A stretch of DNA of 64,000 nt from the NCBI GenBank assembly GCA_963626675.1, contig CAVFXW010000001.1, positions 8,232 through 72,231 of the forward strand, written 5' to 3'. The translations under genes and the position numbers were made by a program. The stretch comes from Clostridium sp. CAG:452 (GTDB taxonomy: Bacteria > Spirochaetota > Spirochaetia > Sphaerochaetales > Sphaerochaetaceae). Numbering within the stretch: the stretch's first letter is position 1; each line of letters opens with the position of its first letter. The notes under the pieces are model-generated. The model ran no database searches. It saw nothing but the letters and a program-made list of their open reading frames with translations, and was not told the origin of the DNA. Below are positions 8,523-18,401 of this stretch, piece after piece.

Positions 8523-11396
8523 ATGGAAATGAAACTAAAAGAAGGCACAGTCTATTCATCATTTAAGCTAGTCAATGTAACAGAGTGTCCTGATTACAAC
8601 GGGACAGGATATCTTTTTAAACATTTGAAGACGGACTTTGAAGTGTTTTTCTTCTCTCGAGAAGATGAGGAATGCTTCTTTTCATATAATGTCTATACCC
8701 CTGCATTTGACAACAGCGGAGTCTTTCATATTCTTGAGCATACCATTCTTACGGGAAGTCGTCGTTATCCTCTAAGAGATCCATTTATGGAGATTGATCG
8801 TAACAGCGTTAATACATTTTTGAATGCCATGACTGGAGCTGATAGAACGTACTATCCTGCCTCGAGTCCCGTAAAGAAGGATTTCGATAATATATTTAAA
8901 GTATATACAGATGCTCTCTTTTCTCCCCTTTTGAAGAAAGAATCTTTTATGCAGGAGGGAATAAGAGTGACCCGAAATGGGTTCTCGGGTGTGGTTTTCT
9001 CTGAAATGAAGGGAGATGTATCTTCACGTTCAAGTGTTGTTTTCAATACTGCAAATAGATGCCTTTTCGAGAGCCCGTCTCCATATGTTTACGAGTCCGG
9101 AGGAGATCCTATTGATATTGTAGATCTCACTTATGATAAGTTCATTGATACATATAAAGAATACTATGTTCCTGCTAATATGTCTCTTTTCCTTTACGGC
9201 AGAATGGATATTCTTGAAAAGCTTGAATTTTTGGATAAGGAGTACCTCTCGTCTCGGGAAAAGGGAAAAAAGAAAGAGCGGGCGGAGAAGCCTTTTAGAC
9301 TCACCGAAGAGAAAAAGGTGACTGCAGTATGTGATTCTGATGATGATACTAGAGGATTAAGTGTAATGCTGTCATGGCTGCTTTCTTCATCCTCTGATTC
9401 TTTGGAGAATACGATACTCTCTCTTGTTGTTGATATGCTTCTTGGCAATCCCGGCTGCCCGCTTTATAAGGCGATTATTGACTCCTCACTTGCAAGAGAT
9501 ATATCGAGTGAAGGCGGAATGAATGACCAATATTCTAATCTTGTCTTTTCAACTGGATTTGATGGGGTAGAAGAAGGAAGAAGTGATGAATGTAAAGAGT
9601 TTTTACTTTCTGCCTTGAAGGATATATGTGATAAGGGATTAGATCCACTTCTTGTAGAGTCGAGTTTAAGACGCATGGAATTCAGACTTGGAGAAATCAA
9701 AGAGGGAGTTCCTAATGGATATAGGATGTTCTTCTCCCGTATCGACAAGGGGTGGATAAGTGGTAAGAACCCGTCTAGTATGCTTTTCCCTCGTAAAGAG
9801 CTTGAATATATACGTTCTCAATTAGATAAGAACAAAAGATTCTTTGAGGACTGGATTCTAAAGAATATAGTAAACAATACTCATCGTTTGTATTCCGTTA
9901 TAAGACCAGAGAAATCAAATGAAGAGAGGAGAGAGAAGATAATTGAGGAGAAATTCCGTATAAAACTAGGCTCTCTATCTAAAGAAGAAGAGGAAGCATA
10001 TGCTATATATGAAGGCTCTAAAGATTCGAAAGAGGCTCTCTCTACTCTACCGAGATTGTCTCTTTCTGATATTCCTGTAAAAAATACAACTATAGAACGT
10101 GAGAATATCGAGGGGGTTTTAGTCTCCCCGATGATAACAAACGGAGTAGTATATGCCGATTTTGTAATCGATTGCTCTGATCTTACTATAGAGGAAATGG
10201 AGTATGCTTCACTTCTTTCGAGAATGATGACAATGACGAATGTGGGCGAACTCTCATATTCAGAGTTCCTCACATCTTTGCGTTTAGCCACTGGTGCATT
10301 CTCTGTAAATCTTGATATAGGGACAACCTGCCAAAATAAAGAGAAAGATTATATCCTCATACGTTTTAAGAGCTTGGAGAATCATTATAGAGAGAGCCTT
10401 GATTTGATTTTAAGGCTCCTTCTTGAAGGGGATTATTCATCTCCAGAAAGGATAAATGCGGTATTAAGAGATATCCAAAGCGACTACGAATCAAGTGTGA
10501 TAAGAGAAGCACATCTTTTTGCCTTATCGAGTGCCTCTCGTACATTTTCTCCTTCTCTTTATACTCAAGAAAGAACTCAGGGGCTTTCATTTTGGTTTAG
10601 AATAATAGAGCTCCTCAAGGAAAAAGTAGAAGATGTTGGGAGTCACTTAGACACTCTTAGAAAGAAAATATTCGTACGAGATAGAATTACCTTTCATGTA
10701 GTTACAGAAAATAAAGGCAAAGAGAATATTGCATTGATAACTAAGGGTTTTCTTTCTCGTCTTCCTTCCCTAGAAAAGGGAGAGAATAGAGAGAGGAGAA
10801 TCGATGATTGTGGCGTAAATATTGCCTACGTTCTTCCGTCCTCCGTTTCGTATATATCGCGCGTTTTCGCTTCTCCTTCTCTTCTTGATAAGTCGATAGG
10901 ACCGTTAAGAGTATTTCTCTCAATTTTGTCACATTCTTCCCTTTGGACGCTTGAAAGAGAAAAGGGCGGGGCATATGGAAGTGGCGCTTCACTCGATATA
11001 AACGAATGTATATGCTACTTCTACACTTATCGTGACCCGAGGCTCGATGGATCGATTAGTGATTTTCTTTCTGCTGTAGAGTCTGGTGATATGAGTGAGA
11101 GTCTACTTGAAGATGCAAAGCTTAGAGTGCTTTCCAGGGAGGTTAAACCTACCGGTCCACAAAGTAGGGGAATTATTGACTTGAGACGCTATCTCTATGG
11201 CGTTGATGATGACCTAAGATGGCGCCTTAGAGATGAAATGCTTCAAGTTTCTCTCGACGACCTCTATAAAGCGAGAGATATCTGCCTTCAACTAATGAAA
11301 GAGAAAAATTCGATTACCGTCATAACAAGCCATAGACTCCTCAAAAAAAGCAAGTTCGATTTCAAAGAAATAAAACTACCTTTTGCACCAAAATAA
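8523..11396 (+). CDS. M16C (PreP/insulinase-like) zinc metallopeptidase
   Basis: Inverted zinc motif HILEH at the N-terminus. The ~957-aa, four-domain length is typical of the M16C family. Confidence 0.85.
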   Translation: MEMKLKEGTVYSSFKLVNVTECPDYNGTGYLFKHLKTDFEVFFFSREDEECFFSYNVYTPAFDNSGVFHILEHTILTGSRRYPLRDPFMEIDRNSVNTFLNAMTGADRTYYPASSPVKKDFDNIFKVYTDALFSPLLKKESFMQEGIRVTRNGFSGVVFSEMKGDVSSRSSVVFNTANRCLFESPSPYVYESGGDPIDIVDLTYDKFIDTYKEYYVPANMSLFLYGRMDILEKLEFLDKEYLSSREKGKKKERAEKPFRLTEEKKVTAVCDSDDDTRGLSVMLSWLLSSSSDSLENTILSLVVDMLLGNPGCPLYKAIIDSSLARDISSEGGMNDQYSNLVFSTGFDGVEEGRSDECKEFLLSALKDICDKGLDPLLVESSLRRMEFRLGEIKEGVPNGYRMFFSRIDKGWISGKNPSSMLFPRKELEYIRSQLDKNKRFFEDWILKNIVNNTHRLYSVIRPEKSNEERREKIIEEKFRIKLGSLSKEEEEAYAIYEGSKDSKEALSTLPRLSLSDIPVKNTTIERENIEGVLVSPMITNGVVYADFVIDCSDLTIEEMEYASLLSRMMTMTNVGELSYSEFLTSLRLATGAFSVNLDIGTTCQNKEKDYILIRFKSLENHYRESLDLILRLLLEGDYSSPERINAVLRDIQSDYESSVIREAHLFALSSASRTFSPSLYTQERTQGLSFWFRIIELLKEKVEDVGSHLDTLRKKIFVRDRITFHVVTENKGKENIALITKGFLSRLPSLEKGENRERRIDDCGVNIAYVLPSSVSYISRVFASPSLLDKSIGPLRVFLSILSHSSLWTLEREKGGAYGSGASLDINECICYFYTYRDPRLDGSISDFLSAVESGDMSESLLEDAKLRVLSREVKPTGPQSRGIIDLRRYLYGVDDDLRWRLRDEMLQVSLDDLYKARDICLQLMKEKNSITVITSHRLLKKSKFDFKEIKLPFAPK

Positions 11397-11432
11397 AAAA
11401 AAGCGTTGTACAATTGAAAAAGGAGGAGTCTT

Positions 11433-12953
11433 ATGAAGTATGTAGGAGCTCTCGATCAAGGAACAACAAGTACAAGGTTTATCATTTTTGATGAACGAAA
11501 TAATATTGTGGCATCAAGCCAATTGGAACATAAACAGATTTACCCCAAGCCGGGTTGGGTGGAGCATAATCCTGAAGAAATATGGAAAAATACATGCCTT
11601 GTAATTCAGTCTGCGCTCGAGCAGTCTGGCTTAGAGGGCGAGGATATAGCTTGTGTAGGTATAACCAATCAACGTGAGACCATAATTGCTTTTGATAGGG
11701 AAACCGGCAAGAGTTACCACAATGCAATTGTATGGCAAGACTTGAGGGGAGCTGATTTCATCGATAATGTACTCTCGAAGAAGGTAAGTGAAGAGTACAT
11801 AAGACAAAAAACCGGGCTTTTATATTCCCCGTACTTTTCTGCTAGTAAGATAAGATGGCTCCTAGATAATGTATCTTCTGTGAAGAATAATGAAAAAACG
11901 GGGCGTCTTGTCTTTGGAACTATCGATACATATATGACATATCGTCTTACCGGTGGGAAGGCTCTTGTGACAGATGTAACGAATGCATCGCGCTATATGC
12001 TTATGAATATAGCTTCTCTCAAATGGGACGATGAGATGCTCTCCCTCTTTGGAGTAAAAAAAGAGTGTCTGCCTGAAATAGTATCCTCCTCTGGAGTTAT
12101 TTACGGCTATACAGATCCAGATGGGCCATTTAAGGCGTCAATTCCTGTATGTGGTATTCTTGGAGATCAGATGGCAGCTCTCTTCGGTCAGGCATGTTTT
12201 GATAAGGGAAGCAGCAAATGTACATATGGAACGGGATGCTTTATGCTTGCTAATGTCGGAGAGGAAATTTGTTACTCCTCTAGTGGTCTCCTGACAACTG
12301 TAGGCTATCGTATAGAAGGTGAGAAGCCGATTTATGCTCTCGAAGGGTCGGTGGCTGTTGCGGGCTCTCTTGTACAATGGGTGAGAGATAATCTCAAGAT
12401 GGTCTCTTCTGCCAAGGAGCTTGATGAGCTTGCACTCAATGTTCAGGATTGTGGTGGAGTATATATAGTACCTGCTTTTGCCGGACTTTTTGCTCCATAT
12501 TGGAGAAGTGATGCACGTGGTGTCATCGCCGGTCTTACGGGTTATGCCTCCCGCGAACATATATGTCGCGCAGTTCTCGAGGCTACAGCATTTCAGGCTT
12601 ACGATATTTTTACTGCAATGGAAAAGGATAGCGGGGTCAGGATATCTTCTTTAAAAGTCGATGGAGGAATGACTAATTCATGGCCTCTTATGGCATTCCA
12701 GAGCGATATACTATCAAAGCCCGTAATAAGGCCGGTCATCGCAGAAACTACAGCACTCGGAGCTGCATATGCCGCAGGACTTACGTCTCATGTGTGGAAA
12801 GATATCGATTCTCTTCGTTCATATTGGAAGGAACAAACAAGATGGACCCCTACAATGGATGACAAAGAGAGGCAAAAAAAGGTAGGATTCTGGAAGAAGG
12901 CAGTCAGTAGAACACTGAACTGGGTTCAGAAAGAAGAGGAAGAAAATGCTTGA
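11433..12953 (+). CDS. glpK: Glycerol kinase
   Basis: ALDQGTTSTRFIIFD, GITNQRETIIAFD, GDQMAALFGQ and KVDGGMTNS motifs. 506 aa. Confidence 0.95.
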   Translation: MKYVGALDQGTTSTRFIIFDERNNIVASSQLEHKQIYPKPGWVEHNPEEIWKNTCLVIQSALEQSGLEGEDIACVGITNQRETIIAFDRETGKSYHNAIVWQDLRGADFIDNVLSKKVSEEYIRQKTGLLYSPYFSASKIRWLLDNVSSVKNNEKTGRLVFGTIDTYMTYRLTGGKALVTDVTNASRYMLMNIASLKWDDEMLSLFGVKKECLPEIVSSSGVIYGYTDPDGPFKASIPVCGILGDQMAALFGQACFDKGSSKCTYGTGCFMLANVGEEICYSSSGLLTTVGYRIEGEKPIYALEGSVAVAGSLVQWVRDNLKMVSSAKELDELALNVQDCGGVYIVPAFAGLFAPYWRSDARGVIAGLTGYASREHICRAVLEATAFQAYDIFTAMEKDSGVRISSLKVDGGMTNSWPLMAFQSDILSKPVIRPVIAETTALGAAYAAGLTSHVWKDIDSLRSYWKEQTRWTPTMDDKERQKKVGFWKKAVSRTLNWVQKEEEENA

Positions 12954-13767
12954 TTTGTTCAATAACCTTGAGCTAGTTGATTACCTTAGGTTGTTAGTAG
13001 AAACAATTATATTGACTTATGTAATCTACAAGTTTTATATGGCCGTATCTGAAACACGGGCAAGAGAACTTGCATCAATCCTCGTCATTCTGATAATTCT
13101 GTACGGGTTTGCCTATATTCTTTCGTTGAAAGTTATCCTAACTTTGATGAAGAGACTTTTCATTCCGATTCTCATGGGTCTTGTGGTTTTCTATACACCG
13201 GAGCTCAGGCGTGCTTTTACGGGAACTTCAAGACGCTCTATTTTGCGTCTTTCCCAGACATCTTTAAGTCAGCTTGACAGTGTCCTAAATGCATGTACAA
13301 CGCTTGTAAGCAAGAAGAGGGGTGCATTGATTGTATTTCCTCGTCATACGGATTTGAAGAATATATATGAATCGGGTACGAAGCTTAATGCCGATCTATC
13401 TGCAAACCTCATTCTTACAATCTTTGATCATGACACTCCGCTACATGACGGAGCATGCGTAATATGGGGTGGTAAGTGTACATATGCAGCATGCTATTTA
13501 CCGCTTTCTAAACAAACCTCGATTAAGGACACATTCGGAACAAGACACCGTGCAGCTCTTGGCTTGAGTGAAGAGAGTGATGCTGTAATATTGATTGTCT
13601 CAGAGGAAACAGGGGCGATTTCACTCGCTTATAATGCCAACATTTATTATAATCTTGATGTTGATTGTGTAAAAGAGATGCTTCTTATGCTTCTCTCAGG
13701 TAAGGACGTTGTGCCTAAAGATATAAAGATTGAGAGGGAGGATGATAACAATGCAGTCACAGAATAA
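12946..13767 (+). CDS. cdaA: Diadenylate cyclase CdaA (DisA_N domain, 3 N-terminal TM helices)
   Basis: GALIVF, TPLHDGACVI, GTRHRAALGLSEESDA and VSEETGAISLA motifs. Overlaps the glpK stop by 8 nt. Confidence 0.9.
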   Translation: MLDLFNNLELVDYLRLLVETIILTYVIYKFYMAVSETRARELASILVILIILYGFAYILSLKVILTLMKRLFIPILMGLVVFYTPELRRAFTGTSRRSILRLSQTSLSQLDSVLNACTTLVSKKRGALIVFPRHTDLKNIYESGTKLNADLSANLILTIFDHDTPLHDGACVIWGGKCTYAACYLPLSKQTSIKDTFGTRHRAALGLSEESDAVILIVSEETGAISLAYNANIYYNLDVDCVKEMLLMLLSGKDVVPKDIKIEREDDNNAVTE

Positions 13768-14161
13768 ATTTTCCTCCACATTATTCGGGAACTGGGTAGT
13801 TAAGATAATCTGTTTCGTCTGTGCTCTTGCTATTGTGATTTCAATTAGATTTCTTAATGCGACAGATAGAGTTGTCACGATACCTCTTACCGTAATACTT
13901 GATGAGAATAGCCCATACGAGACTGCATCTCTTGTTCCCGAGTCCATCAAGGTAGTCATTACAGGAGATGAGAGTATAATTTATCTTGTGGATCCTTCTC
14001 TCATTAGTGCAACAGTCGACTTTTCAGATGTAAGCGAGGAGGGGATCAGTAGACGCACAGTCTCTCTCGAGTATGACAGAGATATATTCAGCGACAATTA
14101 CCTCTCGGTCTCATCATCTCCTTTAACAGTCAGAATTCTTTTTGAAGCAAAGAACGAATGA
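13730..14161 (+). CDS. YbbR-domain protein (short CdaR-like regulator)
   Basis: Sits immediately downstream of and overlapping cdaA. N-terminal TM helix. YbbR-like strand pattern (VVTIPLTVIL..., IKVVITGDESII, ISATVDFSDVSEEG). Only 143 aa. The start could be 13742 or 13751. Confidence 0.6.
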   Translation: MRGRMITMQSQNKFSSTLFGNWVVKIICFVCALAIVISIRFLNATDRVVTIPLTVILDENSPYETASLVPESIKVVITGDESIIYLVDPSLISATVDFSDVSEEGISRRTVSLEYDRDIFSDNYLSVSSSPLTVRILFEAKNE

Positions 14162-14493
14162 TAAGAATAGGAACAGATATAGCATTAATTAGTCGCTTTT
14201 CATCTCTCTCAGAGCATACCCAGGAGAGGATTTTCACTCCATATGAACTCGAAGAGGCTCAAAAGAGAGGAAACAAAAGCGAGTATCTTGCCTCTCGCTT
14301 TGCCTCGAAGGAAGCCTATTCAAAGGCCCGGGGGAGTGGTTTTAGTTCCCTCTCTCCTATAGATATCGAGATACATAACGATGATTCGGGTGCTCCATTT
14401 ATTCTTTACAAAGGGAAAATTGCCGAGAAGACGCAACTCTCAATTTCCCATGATGGTGATTATGCGATTGCGTTTGTGTTGATAGAAGAATGA
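14158..14493 (+). CDS. acpS: Holo-ACP synthase
   Basis: IGTDIALISRF, FTPYELEEA, LASRFASKEAYSKA and ISHDGDYAIA motifs. 111 aa. Confidence 0.85.
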   Translation: MIRIGTDIALISRFSSLSEHTQERIFTPYELEEAQKRGNKSEYLASRFASKEAYSKARGSGFSSLSPIDIEIHNDDSGAPFILYKGKIAEKTQLSISHDGDYAIAFVLIEE

Positions 14494-15329
14494 GCAGAGA
14501 AGATTGGAAGAGGCCTAAGGTTGTAATGCCTATTGATAAGAGACGCATTAAATTGGTCATCAGCTATGATGGCTCTGCTTTTCATGGCTGGCAGGAACAG
14601 CGTGATGAAGTTACGGTTCAAGAGGTGATAAGGTGTGAGCTTGAGGATTTCCTTGAAGAGGAAATAGAGCTTCCGGGATCCGGACGCACCGATAGTGGAG
14701 TTCATGCTCTTGGGCAGGTTGCCCATTTTGATACTAAATCAACTCTTCCGGCAGAGAAATTTGCCATTATTCTAAATTCTCGTCTTCCCCTTTCCATAAG
14801 GATTATTCAATCGGAAGAAGTAAAGCAATTATTCCATGCGCGCTATACTTCCTATGCACGCGAATATTGGTATTACATCAAAGAGTGGAAGGATATGCTC
14901 CCATTTGATAGTAATAGATATGCCGCGCTGAAAAAACTTCCCTCTCTGGACCTGCTTAACGAATATGCAGCCGTAATTGTTGGAACGCATGATTTTACTT
15001 CATTTTGTTCTAGTAAGGATATATGCCCATCCAAAGTTCGTGATATCTACATATCGAAATGGGATTTGCAAAATGATTCATATGGTCTTCCGTTTTATAG
15101 ATACATTGTAGTTGGTAACGCTTTTCTGTACCATCAAGTAAGAAGTATGGTTGGAACAATGGTTGAAGCTGCACTCAAAGAGGAAAGCGTTAATTCGTTT
15201 AAAGAGCGTCTTGATAAAAAAAATCGAGAGATGGCATTAAAGACATACCCATCTGAGGGTTTGTATCTCAAAAGAGTGAGCTACGACGAAGAAGAGTATA
15301 GATGGTTTGAGGAGAAATATGGGCGATAA
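14490..15329 (+). CDS. truA: tRNA pseudouridine(38-40) synthase
   Basis: ISYDGSAFHGWQEQ and GSGRTDSGVHALGQVAHFD (catalytic Asp), followed by FLYHQVRSMVG. Confidence 0.9.
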   Translation: MSREDWKRPKVVMPIDKRRIKLVISYDGSAFHGWQEQRDEVTVQEVIRCELEDFLEEEIELPGSGRTDSGVHALGQVAHFDTKSTLPAEKFAIILNSRLPLSIRIIQSEEVKQLFHARYTSYAREYWYYIKEWKDMLPFDSNRYAALKKLPSLDLLNEYAAVIVGTHDFTSFCSSKDICPSKVRDIYISKWDLQNDSYGLPFYRYIVVGNAFLYHQVRSMVGTMVEAALKEESVNSFKERLDKKNREMALKTYPSEGLYLKRVSYDEEEYRWFEEKYGR

Positions 15330-15975
15330 TCTGACAAAAGAGTATTTTCTCAAGCTTCTTGATGAGGCTTCTCAAGTAGTCTCTGGGGATAAGCTCTCTG
15401 AGACACATGAACACTATGAATATACTATACAGTCTTCTTCTCAATCGAATGTAGAAGTGTCTGAAGAGATTTCACAATGCCATAAATGTACATCTTGTTT
15501 CAATCGACGCTTATATGCTGAGCCCATATTGAGAAAGAACCCTCTTATTCTATTTATTCTTCCTTCTCCCGATGGAGATACGATACTCTCTCCTGAATCA
15601 TTCTCGTATTTTTCGAAATGGCTTAAGGCTATAAATCTGACGCTTGATCAAGTGGCGCTTACTTCTTTGATTAAGTGCCCTGTTGTATCATTCGATAATG
15701 TTTCAGCAGATTCCTGCCGCGAATATTTGAAAAATGAGATGAAGATCGTATCACCAAAATCTATTGTGCTTTTAGGCGCGTCAAGTGCGCAATATATGCT
15801 CAGGAGAAATCAAGAATATGATGAGATTCGTCTTCATACATATAAAGTAAATGGTATTAAGACATTTACAACGTATTCACCCTCTGATCTTGTTAGAGAC
15901 CGTTCTCTCAGGGGAAAAATATGGGAGGATTTGAAATATATCTCTTATATTTTGAATCAAGGAGATAATGCGTGA
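15307..15975 (+). CDS. Uracil-DNA glycosylase superfamily protein (family-4-like layout, divergent active-site motifs)
   Basis: CHKCTSC, then ILFILPSPDGD where family 4 has GEAPG, LIKCPV, SCREYLKNE, IVLLGASSAQ, and TYSPSD where family 4 has HPS/HPA. The start may be 15319. Confidence 0.55.
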   Translation: MRRNMGDNLTKEYFLKLLDEASQVVSGDKLSETHEHYEYTIQSSSQSNVEVSEEISQCHKCTSCFNRRLYAEPILRKNPLILFILPSPDGDTILSPESFSYFSKWLKAINLTLDQVALTSLIKCPVVSFDNVSADSCREYLKNEMKIVSPKSIVLLGASSAQYMLRRNQEYDEIRLHTYKVNGIKTFTTYSPSDLVRDRSLRGKIWEDLKYISYILNQGDNA

Positions 15976-17933
15976 AGAGTGTTGAGGTCGTACTCAATGT
16001 ACCTTTGGACATGAGTTTCACATATTCAATTCCAGAAGAGCTTGACTGTGAGTCACTTTTTGGTAAGAGGGTGGTTGTCCCTTTTGGTTTGAGTGAGAAG
16101 ACCGGATTTGTTATAGAGGAAAAAGATAAGGCCGAGGATGTCTCTTATGAGATAAAGCCCATTAAAAGAGTCATAGATAAAGAAGCGGTCTTCAATAAGG
16201 ACCTTGTTGACTGTGCTTTTTGGATGCGTGATATGTATCTCTCCCCTGTGGGGATTAATCTATCATCGATGATTCCATCCGGAAGGCGCGAAAGTGAATG
16301 GTCCGTTCTTCCTTCTGAAGTGAATTTTAAACGTGTGGAAAATCTAACTGAAGAACAGGAGAATGCTCTTTCTGTGCTCAGAAAAAGAGACGCAAAGCTT
16401 TATTATATCTTTGGTATAACAGGGTCAGGTAAGAGCGAAGTCTATCTCAGACGTGCCGAGGATATAATAGGAGAGGGAAAACAGGTTTTATATCTTGTTC
16501 CGGAGATAACTCTCACTCATCAATTAAGCGACGAAGTCTATTCAAGGTTTAACGCCCGTGTTGCAATTCTACATTCTCAGCTAACTCCCTCCCAGCGTCT
16601 GAGGGAATGGCTTAGGATAAAGAACGGCGAGGTCGATATAATAATAGGAGCTAGAAGCAGTGTCTTTGCTCCGTTTAAGAACCTAGGTCTTATAATCCTC
16701 GATGAGGAGCATGAGGGGGCATATAAATCGGGCTCATCTCCTAGGTATTCTGCGCGGCAAGTTGCGCAATATAGAGCAGAGAAAAATAAGTCTGAACTTA
16801 TCATGGGGTCTGCAACTCCCTCTCTTGAAGCGTGGAGACTGATAAGAAGCGGGAAGATAAAAACTATTGTAATGCGACATAGGATAGGAGAGGGGCGTTT
16901 CCCCTCTGTCTCCATCATCGATATGAATAAAGAATACCGCCACATAAGTCCAATTCTTGAAAAGGAGATTAGAGATGCTCTCTCAGAAAAGAGACAAGTT
17001 ATCCTTTTTCTAAATAGGCGCGGTTTTTCGTACGGCTATGTCTGCCAGAGCTGCGGTCATGTCATTGAGTGCCCCAATTGTTCGGTTTCCTTGACTTATC
17101 ATAAGAGGGAAAATAAGCTAATATGTCACACCTGTGGTTATAAGAGTGGAATAATTAAAGCATGCCCGGTTTGTAGGAATAGAGATTTAGTTCCTTCCGG
17201 CTTTGGAACTGAAAAGGCCGAAGATGAGATAAGGCAGCTCTTTCCTTTTGCTAAAATAGAGAGACTCGATACAGACACAACCAAGGGTGATAAAGAGAAA
17301 ACCAAGAAAATCCTTTCAGATTTCCGTGATGGTAAGATTGATATACTTCTTGGAACACAGATGATTGCAAAAGGACTTAATTTTCCTCTTGTCTCCCTTG
17401 TCGGGATTATAAATGCAGACAGCTCCCTCTCTCTTCCAGATTTCCGGGCCGGAGAGAGGACATTCGATATGCTCTATCAAGTTACGGGAAGGGCTGGCCG
17501 CTATAGAGATGACGGGAGAGTTATAATACAGACAAGGCATCCGGGAGCGCATTCAATTGTTTCTGTTGCATTGAATAATGTCGAAGATTTCTTCGATAGG
17601 GAGCTTACGGAAAGACGCGAGACGGGGTTTCCACCGTTTTCTCGCCTAGTGAACTTAACGCTACGAAGTAAAAATAAAGATAAGGCAGAGGAAGCGTCAG
17701 AGAATCTCTATGCCATTGTCTCCTCCAGGCTAACTCAAGATGACGATATTGAAGCATTTTCTCCGTCTCCGTGTTTAATAGAAAAACTTGCTCAACAATG
17801 GCGTTTTCATGTTCTTCTAAGATCTAAAAGCATAGCTCATCTTCTTTCCTTTACAAAGGAGATCCTCTCTGATTTTAGAGTACCGTCATCTGTATATCTT
17901 GAGATAGACGTCGATCCAGTCGGGATATTATAG
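15972..17933 (+). CDS. priA: Primosomal protein N' (replication restart helicase)
   Basis: Walker A GITGSGKSEVY, DEEH box, Cys-rich zinc insert CQSCGHVIECPNCSVSLTYH...CHTCGY...CPVC, and QVTGRAGR. Confidence 0.9.
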   Translation: MKSVEVVLNVPLDMSFTYSIPEELDCESLFGKRVVVPFGLSEKTGFVIEEKDKAEDVSYEIKPIKRVIDKEAVFNKDLVDCAFWMRDMYLSPVGINLSSMIPSGRRESEWSVLPSEVNFKRVENLTEEQENALSVLRKRDAKLYYIFGITGSGKSEVYLRRAEDIIGEGKQVLYLVPEITLTHQLSDEVYSRFNARVAILHSQLTPSQRLREWLRIKNGEVDIIIGARSSVFAPFKNLGLIILDEEHEGAYKSGSSPRYSARQVAQYRAEKNKSELIMGSATPSLEAWRLIRSGKIKTIVMRHRIGEGRFPSVSIIDMNKEYRHISPILEKEIRDALSEKRQVILFLNRRGFSYGYVCQSCGHVIECPNCSVSLTYHKRENKLICHTCGYKSGIIKACPVCRNRDLVPSGFGTEKAEDEIRQLFPFAKIERLDTDTTKGDKEKTKKILSDFRDGKIDILLGTQMIAKGLNFPLVSLVGIINADSSLSLPDFRAGERTFDMLYQVTGRAGRYRDDGRVIIQTRHPGAHSIVSVALNNVEDFFDRELTERRETGFPPFSRLVNLTLRSKNKDKAEEASENLYAIVSSRLTQDDDIEAFSPSPCLIEKLAQQWRFHVLLRSKSIAHLLSFTKEILSDFRVPSSVYLEIDVDPVGIL

Positions 17934-17934
17934 C

Positions 17935-18333
17935 TTAGGGAAAAAAGCTTTCTCTCTTCTTGTAATAGCTGTGTATGAAATAAGCAACCAAGGAGAGTGC
18001 AACGAAATGAAGAGCAAAGAGATATTTAGTTAATAAGATATTCCCGATGATAAGTATAAGCATTATGTATATACGGATCGTGGTTGAAAGAAGGATCATT
18101 TTCCATCCTGCGTGAGTTTTCCCTAGTAGACCTATAAGTGAAACGGTATATAAAAGAACGGTGACAAATGGAAGAAAGAGGTCTACAGCTTCAAAAATAG
18201 AGAAAATTGATGTGAAATCAATCCTCCCGATATCGTACACATTCCCGAGGGCTAGATATATATTCAATGCAGTTGAAAGGGGAAGATAGAGATATGTAAT
18301 CAATTTATGCATTCTTAAGTTGTCTTTGCTCAT
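17935..18333 (-). CDS. Hypothetical small integral membrane protein (about 4 TM)
   Basis: A 132-aa ORF that is hydrophobic almost throughout. No competing ORF on the other strand. Confidence 0.45.
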   Translation of the reverse strand: MSKDNLRMHKLITYLYLPLSTALNIYLALGNVYDIGRIDFTSIFSIFEAVDLFLPFVTVLLYTVSLIGLLGKTHAGWKMILLSTTIRIYIMLILIIGNILLTKYLFALHFVALSLVAYFIHSYYKKRESFFP

Positions 18334-18401
18334 TCTCTTATTTTATTGTCGTATTGTGCTTTTTTCTACACTATAATTTCCTTTTCTGCTAGAGTTGAGG
18401 A

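Noticed and set aside
9881-10291. 136-aa minus-strand ORF inside the M16C peptidase gene (also 12138-12560 inside glpK, 16577-16945 inside priA, and 57168-57530 inside the adaptor gene)
   Set aside because: All lie antisense within genes that have unambiguous family motifs. I regard them as non-coding shadows.
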